Assembly: GCF_018350175.1 (NCBI RefSeq)
Contig: NC_058368.1
Location: forward strand, 47,370,001-47,434,000
Source of the DNA: Felis catus
Taxonomy: Eukaryota
Length of the DNA: 64,000 bases
Direction: 5' to 3'
This document shows, piece after piece, positions 1-11,584 of this stretch. The position numbers and the translations under genes were made by a program. The notes below the pieces were generated by a model that was not told the DNA's origin, made no database searches, and saw only the letters and a program-made list of their open reading frames with translations. Numbering within the stretch: the first letter of the stretch is position 1; every line of letters begins with the position of its first letter.

Positions 1-482
1 GTCTATACAAAAATCTGTACATGACTGTTTGTAGTAGTTTTATTTGTAATAGTCAAAACTCAGAACAGTTCAAGTGCCCCTCAACAAATGGTTTATCCAT
101 ACAACGGAACACTAATCAGCACCAAAAAGATACAGTACTGATATATGTAACAACACAGATGAATCTCAAAATAATTGGGCTGAGTAAAATATGCCAGACA
201 AAAAGAGTACATTATGTGCACTTCCATTTATATGAAAATCTAGAAAAGTGCAAATTAATCTGTAGTGACAGAAGGCAGAGCAGTGATTGTCTGAGCTAGG
301 GTTGGGGCAGTGGGAATTTTGGAGGGAAGATGTGAGAAAAGATTACAAAGAGGGATGTGGAAATATTTGGACATGATTGACGTGTTCAGCATCTTGGTTG
401 TGGCAATGGTTTCATGGGTCAAAACTTCAAATAGTACCTTAAAATATATGTAATTTTTGCATGCCAATTATACCTTAATAAA
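1..482 (+). mobile_element. Old L1M 3' end fragment
   Basis: Typical L1M 3' terminal sequence ending ...CAATTATACCTTAATAAAG. Confidence 0.75.
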
Positions 483-729
483 GTAGGGTAGCCCCTTTTC
501 GTTTACTGGAATTCTCTAGGCAAAGGAAAACACAAGTAAAAAATATTTTTATCATAAACTATTGAGTACAGTTTTTAATGGAATCTGAGTTCCTAACATC
601 TTACTTTCAAACTTTTTTTGTGAATGGGGCACTCCCATTACTGATCCTATGTTCCCAAGTGAATTTTACAGTTCTTCCTTGTGCATCTAGAAACCTTAGC
701 AGGTTAATCTTTGTGAACTGTATACCAAG

Positions 730-950
730 CATACTTCAAATGCTTGATATGCACTATTCCACTTGATTCTCACAAAAATGCCTTAAGGTACATGTCATTA
801 TTATTCCTGTTTTACAACAGAGGAAACTGAGGCTCAGAGGGGTGAAGGAAATTTCTCAGGGTCACATAGCCAGTAAGCCTAGAATCAGGAATTGAACTCG
901 AAAAGTCAGGAACTAGAGTACATGTTCCTAAACATATGCTATATTGCTTC
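730..950. mobile_element. MIR SINE relic
   Basis: Core TTTTACA...GAGGAAACTGAGGCTCAGAG...GGTCACATAGC. Confidence 0.75.
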
Positions 951-1019
951 ACTGTAGAATGAAAATGTATGGTCATGTGATCGTTTATCTGCCATTGGGA
1001 AAACGTGAAGAAGAGGCAT

Positions 1020-1467
1020 AACAGTTTCTTAGGTCATCCTAACAGAGTATCAAAAACTCGACAGCTTAAAACAACAAAAAGTTCTAGAGGTTAGAAATCC
1101 AAAATTAAGGGGTTGGCAGGGCCACCGTCTCTCTAATGGTCCTAAGGGAGTCCTTCTTTGCTCTTCTACCTTCTGGTATTTACCAGCATCCCTGCTGTTC
1201 CTTGGCATGGGATGCATTACTCCAGCATATGGCTGTCTTCTTGTATCTCTTCACATCATCTTCCCTCTATGCAGTGTCTTCTTCTGTGTCCACATTTCCT
1301 TTTTGTATAAGGACACCTGCCACATTGGAAAAGGCTCATCCCAATGACCTCATTTTAACTTGATTACCTCTGTAAGATCCTGTTTCCAAATAAGGTCACT
1401 TTCTGATGTGGTGGGGGCCTAGAACTTCAACATTTCTGTTTGGGGGAACATAATTCAACCCGTAACA
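1020..1467 (-). mobile_element. MaLR solo LTR (MLT1-like)
   Basis: GCTTAAAACAACA...GTTCTAGAGG...CCAAATAAGGTCAC...AATTCAACCCGTAACA hallmark. Confidence 0.75.
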
Positions 1468-1544
1468 GGGGGTAACAGGGGGTGGCGCTAAAGGATGTAG
1501 GAAAACTGTATGATTTGCTGTATAACAATGAGTAGATTCCTTAT

Positions 1545-1748
1545 CTTTTTTTTTAATGTTTATTTTTGAAGGAGAGAGAGACAGAGCGTAAGCAGGTTGG
1601 AGGTGGGCAGAGAGAGAGGGAGACGCAGAATCAGAAGCAGGACCCAGGCTCTGAGCTGTCAGCACGGAGCCCAATGTGGGGCTCGAACCCACAAGCCATG
1701 ATATTATAACCTGGGTGAAAGTCAGACGCTTAACCACTCAGACACCCC
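1545..1748 (-). mobile_element. Can-SINE
   Basis: SINE body and T tail flanked by a duplicated AGTAGATTCCTTATCTT. Confidence 0.9.
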
Positions 1749-2239
1749 AAGTAGATTCCTTATCTTAAACATTGGTAGAATCTCTTGTGGATCCACAAAA
1801 CTGTAAGAACGGCCTTGCAATCAATCAACTATCTGGGAATTCTTAGGAGAAGAGTATCATGTACAGCTTTCCTCACCTAAACCAAAGCCCTAGTTTTCTT
1901 TACAATTTTCTGATTTTCACAAATTATAAGATCACTATTTGGACATACAATGACTTTACTTATTTACTTATTCTATAAATACTAATAAATAATATTAATC
2001 GTGCCGTGTACTGGGGATACAGAGTTAAAATATGACAGTCTAGAGGAAAGGCAATGTACCGTCAAGTATTACAGGGTAGAAAGGGCCCTACTAGAGGTTT
2101 ACAGAGAATGCTACTGGGTCCAGAAGAAAACAAATGACCCTAGTCAGGAAACGGGGTGGTGAGCAAGGAAAGCCTGAGGTCATTCTTAAAAGACAAATAG
2201 AATTTTGTCAGACAACAAAAATTGGAAACAGTATTTCAG

Positions 2240-3145
2240 AACGTGCAACATCAACTCACTCAAAACCAAACTCCCATTCTTTCCCCCTAATCTGCTCCGA
2301 TAGCTGCTCTCTCCACATCACATCGCCAGCAACTCCCTCTCTCCAGTGGCTCAGAACAGAAAACTTAGAGGCATTCTTGGCTCCTCTTTCTCTCATACCT
2401 CTGTCCAGCCCATCAGGAAAGACTGTTGTCTTTACCTTCAAAATACATCCACCATCTGTCGACTTTTCACCACCTGTGCCTTTCTAACATCATCTCTCAC
2501 TGCAGTAGGCTCCTTCCTACCTAGTCACGCTGCTTCTCGTCCTGCCACCCTCTATAGTCCCATCTCCACCCAGGGCCCGCAGCAACGTGTTAAGATGTAA
2601 ATCAGGTCATGGGAGTCCCCTGCAACGGCCCCCCTTCTCACTCAGCATAAAAGCTAAGTTTTGCACTGGTCCAGCAGGCAATTGAGGCCCTCAATTGCCC
2701 TCTCTCCTTTCTCTGGCACTGTTATCTCTCTGACCTCTTCACCCTACTCACTGCTCCCCGGCCGCACAAGACAGCCATCTTTCCATTTTAGAGTCTTTGC
2801 ACCAGCTGTTCCCTCCGCTGGAGCTCTTCTTCCAAATCTCCACGTGGCTAATTCCCATACCTTTTTCAAATCTTACTCAAATGTCACCTACCCAAACATT
2901 TTATATGATAGTGCCTCTCACATTTCTCCCCAAACTACCACCTCGCATTCTCAAGTCCACTAATCTTTTCCCCATGGTATTTATCACCATCTAACATACT
3001 ATAATTTACTTCTCTGATGCTCATTGCTAGTTGGTCTTCTGCACTAGAAAGTAAACTCCATGAGGGTACAGATCTTGGCTCATTTCGTTGACATATACCT
3101 GCCTCTTACATCATACATGTTTGCTTTCTTTCTCTAATGAATGAA
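2240..3145. mobile_element. L2 (LINE-2) relic
   Basis: Pyrimidine-rich L2-like 3' region ending ACTAGAAAGTAAACTCCATGAGGG...AATGAATGAA. Confidence 0.6.
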
Positions 3146-5021
3146 AAGCTCATGGAAATGGGGGGGGGGAATTTTATTGATTTCAAATAATCGGCTGTCA
3201 TTGGAACATTAGAGGCATGGGACATAAATGCAGAAGGCAAAATTTGAGTTGTAGAAGGCATTTCCGTGCCCTGCTAAAGAGTGCCGACAAGTGGGGAACC
3301 GCTGATAAGATTTACACATGGAATTAATGTGATTATATTTGCATATGAGATCACTCTTGCAGTAGCATGGATCAGCCATCTCCAAATTGCACTGTTCACC
3401 AAAATAAAATTTTAAAATAGTATTTTTTTATGTTGTCATTAACATGGCCCTCTCTGAGTGCAACAGAAGCATAATTGCTCAGAGCACAGACTCTGGAACA
3501 GACTGCCTGGGTTTAAATCCCATTTCTACCAACAGTTCTAGGATCTTGAGCAAATTATTCAGCCTCTCTTGACCTCACCTGCAAAAAAAGAGTTGTTGTG
3601 GGGCTTAAAGATCTGGAACAAATAAGACATTAGAACGGTGCCAGGAAGAGTAAGCACTACATACACATTTTAATATTGTAACTTGCTATGCTGTGTTCTG
3701 TTGTTTTTAATAGTTTCTTGAATAAATAGCATTTATTTTAAACTGATCAGCAATCCTTTCATGCGTAACATTTTTAATACTGAAAGAAGGAAAACATTTC
3801 ATGGGTACTTTATTAAATTGCAAAACTATAATTTCATCTTTCCTCCAATAGTTTTGCATTTTCTAAATTGAGTAAGTCTTTTATACATAAATTTCTGTGG
3901 TACTGTCATACATTTTAAATTAGCAAAATTTAAAGACATGATCATTGAAACTAACACTTCAAAGAATCAGTGTTCTGTTGTGTTTTGACTTTAAACTACT
4001 CCTGTCTCGGATTTCCACAAATTCCAGTCTAGATGAGCAATATTCATTAAAATACTCACTGCTTGTTTTATTATTTATGGTTTAGATGTCTTTCCATTCA
4101 AACAAAGAGACAGATTGTCTTCTAGCTGAGACACCTGGAAGGTGCTTGAAGCACAAAGGCCATGATTCAAAAGTCTGCAGTGCAGTCAACAAGCAATTAC
4201 TTTTGCATGTGATAGGAGACTGTCAGCTTCAAACACAGGACATTCTTTGGGAAGATTAGTCCAAATTACATTTTATTACATTGGCCCACTTGAATGGCCT
4301 AAACTTCATATACTTCTTATTCTAATGGAATTCCAACTGGGGCATTAATATATTGTTTATGACATGTTTGGAGTTCTTGTGTTATCAGCATGCATTCACG
4401 AGAGAAGCTTCAAACAGTATCAGATAACAGTGAGCTGGATGTTGGCTGTTGTACAGCATAGGGGATTTTATCATCTTGTTGAACCAGTGGCAGTGATTAA
4501 ATTAAACTGTCTGAACAAAGCTTTTGCATGTCAGACTGTTGAATGGCAAAATGAAAGAGTGACACACTTCAAAGATCAGAGGAAGGGAGAGAGGGCTAGA
4601 ACAACACAGTTATAGAACTCCTTATTTCCAACATTCAGACACAAAATTAACGGTTAAGAGCAGTTTCCATTTTACTTCATCTTCAAACTTTTTTGTAGCA
4701 TTTTATCCGTTTTCTAGGCACGTTCCCCCACATTCTTTTTCAATAACATATTTAATTTAACTTGGAACACTGACTGAATGATGAGGTAGTTTGGGGGACT
4801 TTTACTTTTGTTCTGTTTCTTTGTGCAAACAAGGTTTTTTCATTTGTTTTAATTTCTAATTTTTCTCTTATTATTTCCAAATGAAATATTTAAGGAAGAA
4901 AAACCCAGGAGATTATGATGCTTCCATAACTTACAGGCACACTATATTTGGAGAGACAAACACAAGGGCTTTTGTTTTACCACTTCAGGAAGCAAATTAA
5001 AATTTTTGAAATAAAAGTTTA

Positions 5022-5257
5022 GGGGCACCTGGGTGGCTCAGTCGGTCAAGCGTCCCAACTCTTGGTTTCGGCTCAGGTCCTGATCTCAAGGTTCCTGAGG
5101 TCAAGCCCAGACCGCAGGCTCTGTGCTGTCTGCTTTCTGCTCTTCTCTCTCTTGCCCTCTCCCTACACCCTACCCTCCTAACCGCCCTCTCCCCTGCTGC
5201 TCAAGCTCACACACTCTCTCTCTCTCTCTCAAAATAAATAAGTAAAGTTTAAAAAAT
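5022..5257 (+). mobile_element. Can-SINE
   Basis: GGGGCACCTGGGTGGCTCAG head, CT-rich tract and A tail. Confidence 0.88.
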
Positions 5258-5947
5258 ATTATGAAAAGAAAGTTTGATATAATAGAACTAAACAAAATTA
5301 TTTTTATAAGTTGAAATATCATGATATATGAACTCTCTGAAAAAGTTCATGGTCAAAGAAGTTTTAAGGATCTAAATGTATCTGAGATGCAAAGTAAGCT
5401 TTATAGGAATCCACATGTTTCCTATCTAGTGAGACTTTTTAAATCAACAAACTGTTCTGACATTTATTTATAATTATCTTTGTTAGTTAAAAAAAAAAAA
5501 ACCGGCTGTTAGTATTAAGAAAAATGCTATTTCCTCTCAAACAAAATAAAACTGGGAAAAAGTCCAGAAAAAGCTAATTGAATTTTAGTGCTATTTCCAT
5601 TTCAAAATCTACATAGTCCCAGTTTTAAATTATTTTCTAGATTGGTGGTTTCCTTTTTATTTAATATTCTCAGTCAACTATTTAGAAACATTTAAGAAAC
5701 TTCAACGTGTCATCGTGGTTACAGAAGATAAGTATTCAGATGATATTAACGCTTGTAAATTTATCAGCTTCTAGTTTTACTTCAATTCTGATTTATACAA
5801 TTTCTAGAACTATAAAGTAATGACCATTTTGCAATAAATGTTGATTCTTAATCATGTATTTTCACAAGTAAGTGTTTCACTTCCATTTATCATGAAAAGT
5901 GGTAGCTTTTCATAGAGATTCACTGCTCCATAACATCCACTAATATT

Positions 5948-6194
5948 GTATTTCACTTTATGCTATTTTATTTTACTATTTTTATCTTATCTTATCTTAT
6001 CTTATTTTATAAGAGTACACACGTGCACACGAACAAGCAGGGGAGGGGCAGAAGGAGAGGAAGAGAGAGAAAATCCCAAGCAGGCTCTATGCCCAGCACA
6101 GAGCCCGATGCAGGGCTCAATCTCACAACCATGAGATCATGACCTGAGCTGAAATCGAGCCGAGTGCTTAATCAACTGAGCCACCCAGGCGCCC
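5948..6194 (-). mobile_element. Can-SINE with (TATCT)n-derived tail
   Basis: SINE body ending CCACCCAGGCGCCC. Confidence 0.85.
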
Positions 6195-7564
6195 TCCACT
6201 AACATTTTAAAGTACGAAACACTTTCAATTCAATGCCACTTGAGATATTTAGCGATGAAAAAAAATCATAGGAAACACAAAAACAAAGTCAACCTGTCCT
6301 CTTAGAATATATCACTTGGAATAATTACAACAGCATATATGCTTTACAGATTTACTTCTTTCTTTAACTTACTAAATATCCAGGACATGCTGCGTGTAGT
6401 GAAGTATAATGAAACCAATAGAGGACAATCAGGATTGTGTACAAATATAACAAAAGATGAATTTTTGACTTCGTTATTTGGGAAATTTTCTGAATTAGGT
6501 TAGAAACATTCTCATTTATAAGTCTGTGGAGACAACATAAAAATTCTTAAATTCATAGATCTCAGAATTCTGAAATTTTTATAATGGTTAACTTGTTCAG
6601 AGTTTCATTTATAAACTGTTTTTTCAGGTTTCGGGCTCTGAGCTGTCAGCACAGATAGGACGGGGGGCTCAAATTCACAAGCAGTGAGATCATGACCTGA
6701 GCCGAAGTTGGATGCTTAACCAACTGAACCACTCAGGCGCCCCACAGAGTATGTATTTTTGATTAAAATATAATTAGGGAGAAGTTATTTTGGGAATTTT
6801 CTATTACACAGAATGTTTATCAAAGATATTCTTTCAGTTTGTATGCATTCAAAGACTTCTACAATCTTAAAAACAAACAAAAAATAATGTAAGTAATAAC
6901 AGTTACTGAGCATATGACTATTGATATTGATATATAATTATCAATATTTGTAGTCTAAAAAGATGAATGTTCCCATTTTTCCCTACACTTTACAAAAATT
7001 ATTAATGATTTGACAATGAAGTAAATCTCTGTAAGGTCATAAAAGAAGCAAAATTTTAATATCTATTACCTGGTAAAATATAAGAAAATCAGAAATGAAT
7101 AACAAAATTTACATAAACCCTCAATAAGTAAGAAATTCTAAAAAATTTCCCCAAGTAAATACTGTTTTAAATAAGAAACTATAATGGGACCATCCTACGT
7201 CAAAACTCATGAAATCTCTTCAAAGCAGACTTTCAAAAGAAAGGCATACTCCTGGGTGTTTATATGATCCAAGAAAGAAAAAAAAATGAATATAAATTAA
7301 ATGAGTGCTCAACTAAAGAAGTTATAGGAAAGCAAAAATATCAAAAAGTGCAAAAGGTAATTAATAAACATAAATTTTGAAATTAATGAATGAAAACAGA
7401 AAACTTTGGAATTGATAACTACACACATAAACTGATACTTGGAAAAGATCAATAAAATAGACAATCCATTGGCAAACCTATTCAAGAAAAAAAGGAGAAA
7501 AAGATAAAAACAAATATAATGTTAAAAATTAGAATCTATAATCACAGATTAAGTTGTCAAATTA

Positions 7565-8475
7565 CAGATTTTTCTCAATTTATGATGATCGCATCTGGAT
7601 AAACGCATGTTGGTTTAAAATATCATAAGTGGAAAATACATTTAATACACTTAACCTATCTAAAATCATAGCTTAGCTTGGTGTACATTAAACATTTTCA
7701 GGGGTGCCTGGGTGGCTCAGTTGGTTAAGCACAGGACTCTTGATTTTGGCTCAGGTCATGATCTCCTGGTCGTGGGATCAAGCTCCACATTGGGCTCTGT
7801 GCTGAACTCGAAGCCTGCTTGGGATTCTCTCTCTCCCTCTCTCTGCCCCTGCCCTGGTAGCACTCTCTCTATCTCTCTCAAAATAAATACACTTAAAAAA
7901 AACAAAAAACAGGGATGCCTGGGTGGCTCAGTTGGTTAAGCATCAAACTTCAGCTCAGGTCATGATCTCACAGTTCATAAGTTTGAGCCCTGTGACCAGC
8001 TCTGTACTGACAGTTCAGTCTGCAGCCTGCTTCGGATTCTGTGTCTCCCTCTCTCTCTGTCCCTTCCCTGCTCATGGACTCTTTCTCTCTCTCTCTTTTT
8101 CTCACTCTCTCTCAAATATAAATAAACATTAAAAAGAAATTAAAACACAAAAGCAAAAAACATTTTCAGAACACTTACATTAAACCATACTTGGGCAAAA
8201 TCATCTAACAGAAAGCGTAGTTTATAATAAAATCTTGAATATCTCATGTAATTTATTGAATACTCTACGGAGAGTGAAAAACAGAATGGTTGTAAGCATA
8301 TTGGTTATTGACCCTTGTGCTCATCTGATTGACTGGGAGCTCTGGCTGCCACTCCCACCCAGCCTCACAAGAAAGGATTGTACCAAATACCTCTAGCCCA
8401 AAAAAAGATCCAAATTCAAAATTTGAAGTTTGATTTCTACTGAATGTGAAACCATCATAAGTCAGGGGCCATCTG
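7565..8475. mobile_element. MER47/Tigger-type DNA transposon, split by two tandem Can-SINEs (7701-~8155)
   Basis: Termini CAGAT...ATGATG and CATCATAAGTCAGGGGCCATCTG. Internal AAAATACATTTAATACAC...TTGGGCAAAATCATCTAAC matches the recalled MER47 consensus. Confidence 0.75.
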
Positions 8476-8673
8476 CATAAGAAAATATACTAACACAAAA
8501 CCCAGAAACAAAAAAGAAAAATAATTGCTTATTTTACTACATAAATACATCAAACTTTTGTTTGGCAAAAGACATCCTCGACACATTTAGAAGATAAATT
8601 ACAAAATTAAAATCTGGGAGAAATGTATGTAAGCCATATGAAAGACAACTAAAACAAAAATATACACATTTCA

Positions 8674-9090
8674 GGGGCGCCTGGGTGGCTCAGTCAGTTG
8701 AGCCTTTGACTCAGGTTTTGATTTCGGCTCAGGTCATGGTTCCAAGCTCCTGGTATCAAGCCCTGCATCAGGCCCAACATTGGGTGTGGAGCCTGCTTAA
8801 GATTCTCTCTTTCTCTCCTTCTGCCCTCTTCCCTGCTCTCTCTCTGTCTCAAAAATAAAAAATTAAAAAAAAAAAATTAGGGGCACCTGGGTAGCTCAGT
8901 TGGTTTAGCATCCAACTTCGGCTCAGGTCACGATCTCGTGGTCTTTGGGTTCCAACCCTACCTCAGGCTCAGTGCTGACAGCTCGGAGCCTGGAGCCTGC
9001 TTCTGATTCTATGTCTCCTTTTCTCTCTGCCCTTCCCCCACTCACACTCTGTCCCTCTCTCTCTCAAAAATAAATAAACATTAAAAAAAT
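8674..9090 (+). mobile_element. Two tandem Can-SINEs
   Basis: Heads at 8674 and 8880, each with a CT tract and A tail. Confidence 0.9.
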
Positions 9091-9350
9091 TTTTTTAGAA
9101 TGCCCTCCCCCAGATCATTTAAGTTGTGGTATTATATACTTGATTCACCTATACCTTGTGTTTTCTGTAACTGAAAGTTAAGTCTGCAATCTCAACTACA
9201 CATTCAGACTAGATATTTTTGGCAAAATATTAGCAGCTTTCTCTGGGGAATAGGATTACAATGAAAATATCTGTATGGTATTTATTTCCTGTGATACACA
9301 TTTCAATATTACTAGGGTCTTTGCAGTAAACAAGCACATGTACACTTAAA

Positions 9351-9351
9351 A

Positions 9352-9427
<76 letters not shown>

Positions 9428-9429
9428 AA
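9351..9429 (+). repeat. (AAAG)n tetranucleotide microsatellite, ~19 perfect units
   Basis: Directly visible. Confidence 0.98.
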
Positions 9430-9602
9430 TGCATTGGCATTGATACCAAAAGTCCTAGTTGTATACAAATCATGTATTTAAGGGAAAAGGAAAGTACAAA
9501 GTAAGCTCTTTCTTTTCATGAAAAAGAAAGGATTGTGTGTATATGTGCATCTACACATATACACACAACAAATAAATATGGGGGGAAAGTTAACAGAGAT
9601 TC

Positions 9603-9808
9603 CTTTTTTAATTTTTTTTAATGTTTTTATTATTTATTTTTGAGAGAGAGAGAGAGAGACTGAGTGTGAGTGGGGGAGGGAAACACAGTCCGAAGTAGGC
9701 TACAAGCTGTCAGCACAGAGCCTGACACGGGGATCAAACTCACGAGCCACAAGATCATGACCTGAGCTGAAGTCAGTCGCTTAACCAACTGAGCCACTCA
9801 GGTGCCCC
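9603..9808 (-). mobile_element. Can-SINE
   Basis: SINE body with T tail. Confidence 0.88.
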
Positions 9809-10693
9809 ATCAAAGATTACTTTTAACTGTGAGATTATTAACTTTCCAGGTGACTCAATTTTGCCTTTGCTTAGTTTCTACTTTTACTTCCATATGCATG
9901 TAATGGTTTTGAAAAGGAGTGAAATTTGTGATTATTTAATGAAACTAATGATTTTAGATGTTGAAAATCGCAACTTCTAACAACCAGGAAAAAGAAAGAA
10001 CAAATGATTGAAGTATACACAAGAACTCAAAAACAGCAATGGTAGAAACAGTGGCCTGGTTTTTCGAGGAAATACCAAATTATATTCAATATAAGTGATA
10101 CTTACTTTCCAAAGCTGTGCATTTGTAGGAAATGCATTCCATTTATGTCCTCACAAAGCAGACCATATTTCATAATATCTTTATTATAATTGTGTTTGGG
10201 AACAACAGACAGGAAAATATATATTTGTTCCATAGAACTTTGCTGAACAAATTATAACTATGACCAAATTTCTTTAGAATCATAGCAACAACAATGACCT
10301 GCTACAATAATTTAAGATAAAAAATTATATTCCAAGTAAAAAAATGAACAAGAATATGTTGCTAATTAGCATACAAGAGCCATGGAAGTACATAAATCAA
10401 CACATAAATATGTATTAAGTTATAAATTTGACCTTTTTAACCTTTATTTTCTAATTTTTTGTTACAAAAGCTTTCATTAATATCTCTCTATGTCAAATAG
10501 AGGTATTCAAATTATTTTGACTTATGCATCTCTTGGCATTGAGACCATTTATGTAACTAAGCTTTGCAATGGAATCTTGTAAGCCCCCTTTTTAAATTTG
10601 GAGGCATGAGATCCTGGAAAGAACGAATGCATAAGTCTTTTTTATTTCTTTTCTTTCCTTGATTTTCCTAGTCTTAACAATAGTGCAAGCTTA

Positions 10694-11092
10694 CCAAATG
10701 ATTTCACTTATATGTAGAATCCAACAAACAAAACAAATGAAAAACAACAAAAAAAAGCAGAAACAGACCCACAAATATGGAGAACAAATGAATTGTTCCC
10801 AGAGGGAAGGGGGATGGAAAGATGGACAAAATGGGGCGGAAGGGGAGTGGGAGAGACAGGCTTCCAGTTATGGAATGAATCAGTCATGGGGATAAAAGGT
10901 ATAGCACAGGGAATACAGCCAATGGCATTGTAACAGTATTGTATGATGACAGATGGTCGCTGCACTTGTAGTGAGCACGGTGTAACACAGATTTGTTGAA
11001 TCACTATGTTGCACCCATAAAGCTAATGCAACATTGGGTGTCAACTATAGTTCAATAAAAACAAATAAAAAATAATAAATAAATAAATACAT
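10694..11092 (+). mobile_element. 5'-truncated carnivore L1 3' end
   Basis: L1_Carn-like 3'UTR and A-rich tail. 20-bp TSD TTAACAA(T/C)AGTGCAAGCTTA at 10674-10693 and 11093-11112. Confidence 0.88.
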
Positions 11093-11334
11093 TTAACAAC
11101 AGTGCAAGCTTAAATGGGAGAAGAAATCTTTAAAAGGAATTCTAAGGGATGAGGAAAGTCACAGAACGTTGCTTTACGAATAATGATTTGTGTTAAAATA
11201 GGATTGCGGATATCAACAAATCGTGTAAATATAAACTTCAGAGGTTGTTAGAGCCATCTCCCTCTTCCTCCTGCCTCTTTAGAGTCATTCAAATGAACAA
11301 GTATATACTATGTAAAATGAAGTGTGACTACCTT

Positions 11335-11363
11335 TCTTTTTATTTTTAATGTTTGTTTATTTT

Positions 11364-11401
<38 letters not shown>

Positions 11402-11584
11402 AAGTGAGAGGGCAAGCAGGGGAGGGGCAGAGAGAGAGGGAGAGAGAAAGAATCCCAAGCAGGCTCCGCACTGTCAGCGCAGAACACGACCTGGGGCTCA
11501 AACTCACAAACCGAACCATGAAATCATGACCTGAGCTGAAATCAAGAGGCCGATGCTTAACCAACTAAGCCTCCAAGGCACCCC
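11335..11584 (-). mobile_element. Can-SINE
   Basis: SINE body flanked by a duplicated AAGTGTGACTA. Confidence 0.9.

Noticed and set aside
1462..1490. 10-bp tandem duplication GTAACAGGGG with a CTCF-like tail
   Set aside because: Small slippage at an LTR end with several mismatches to the CTCF core.
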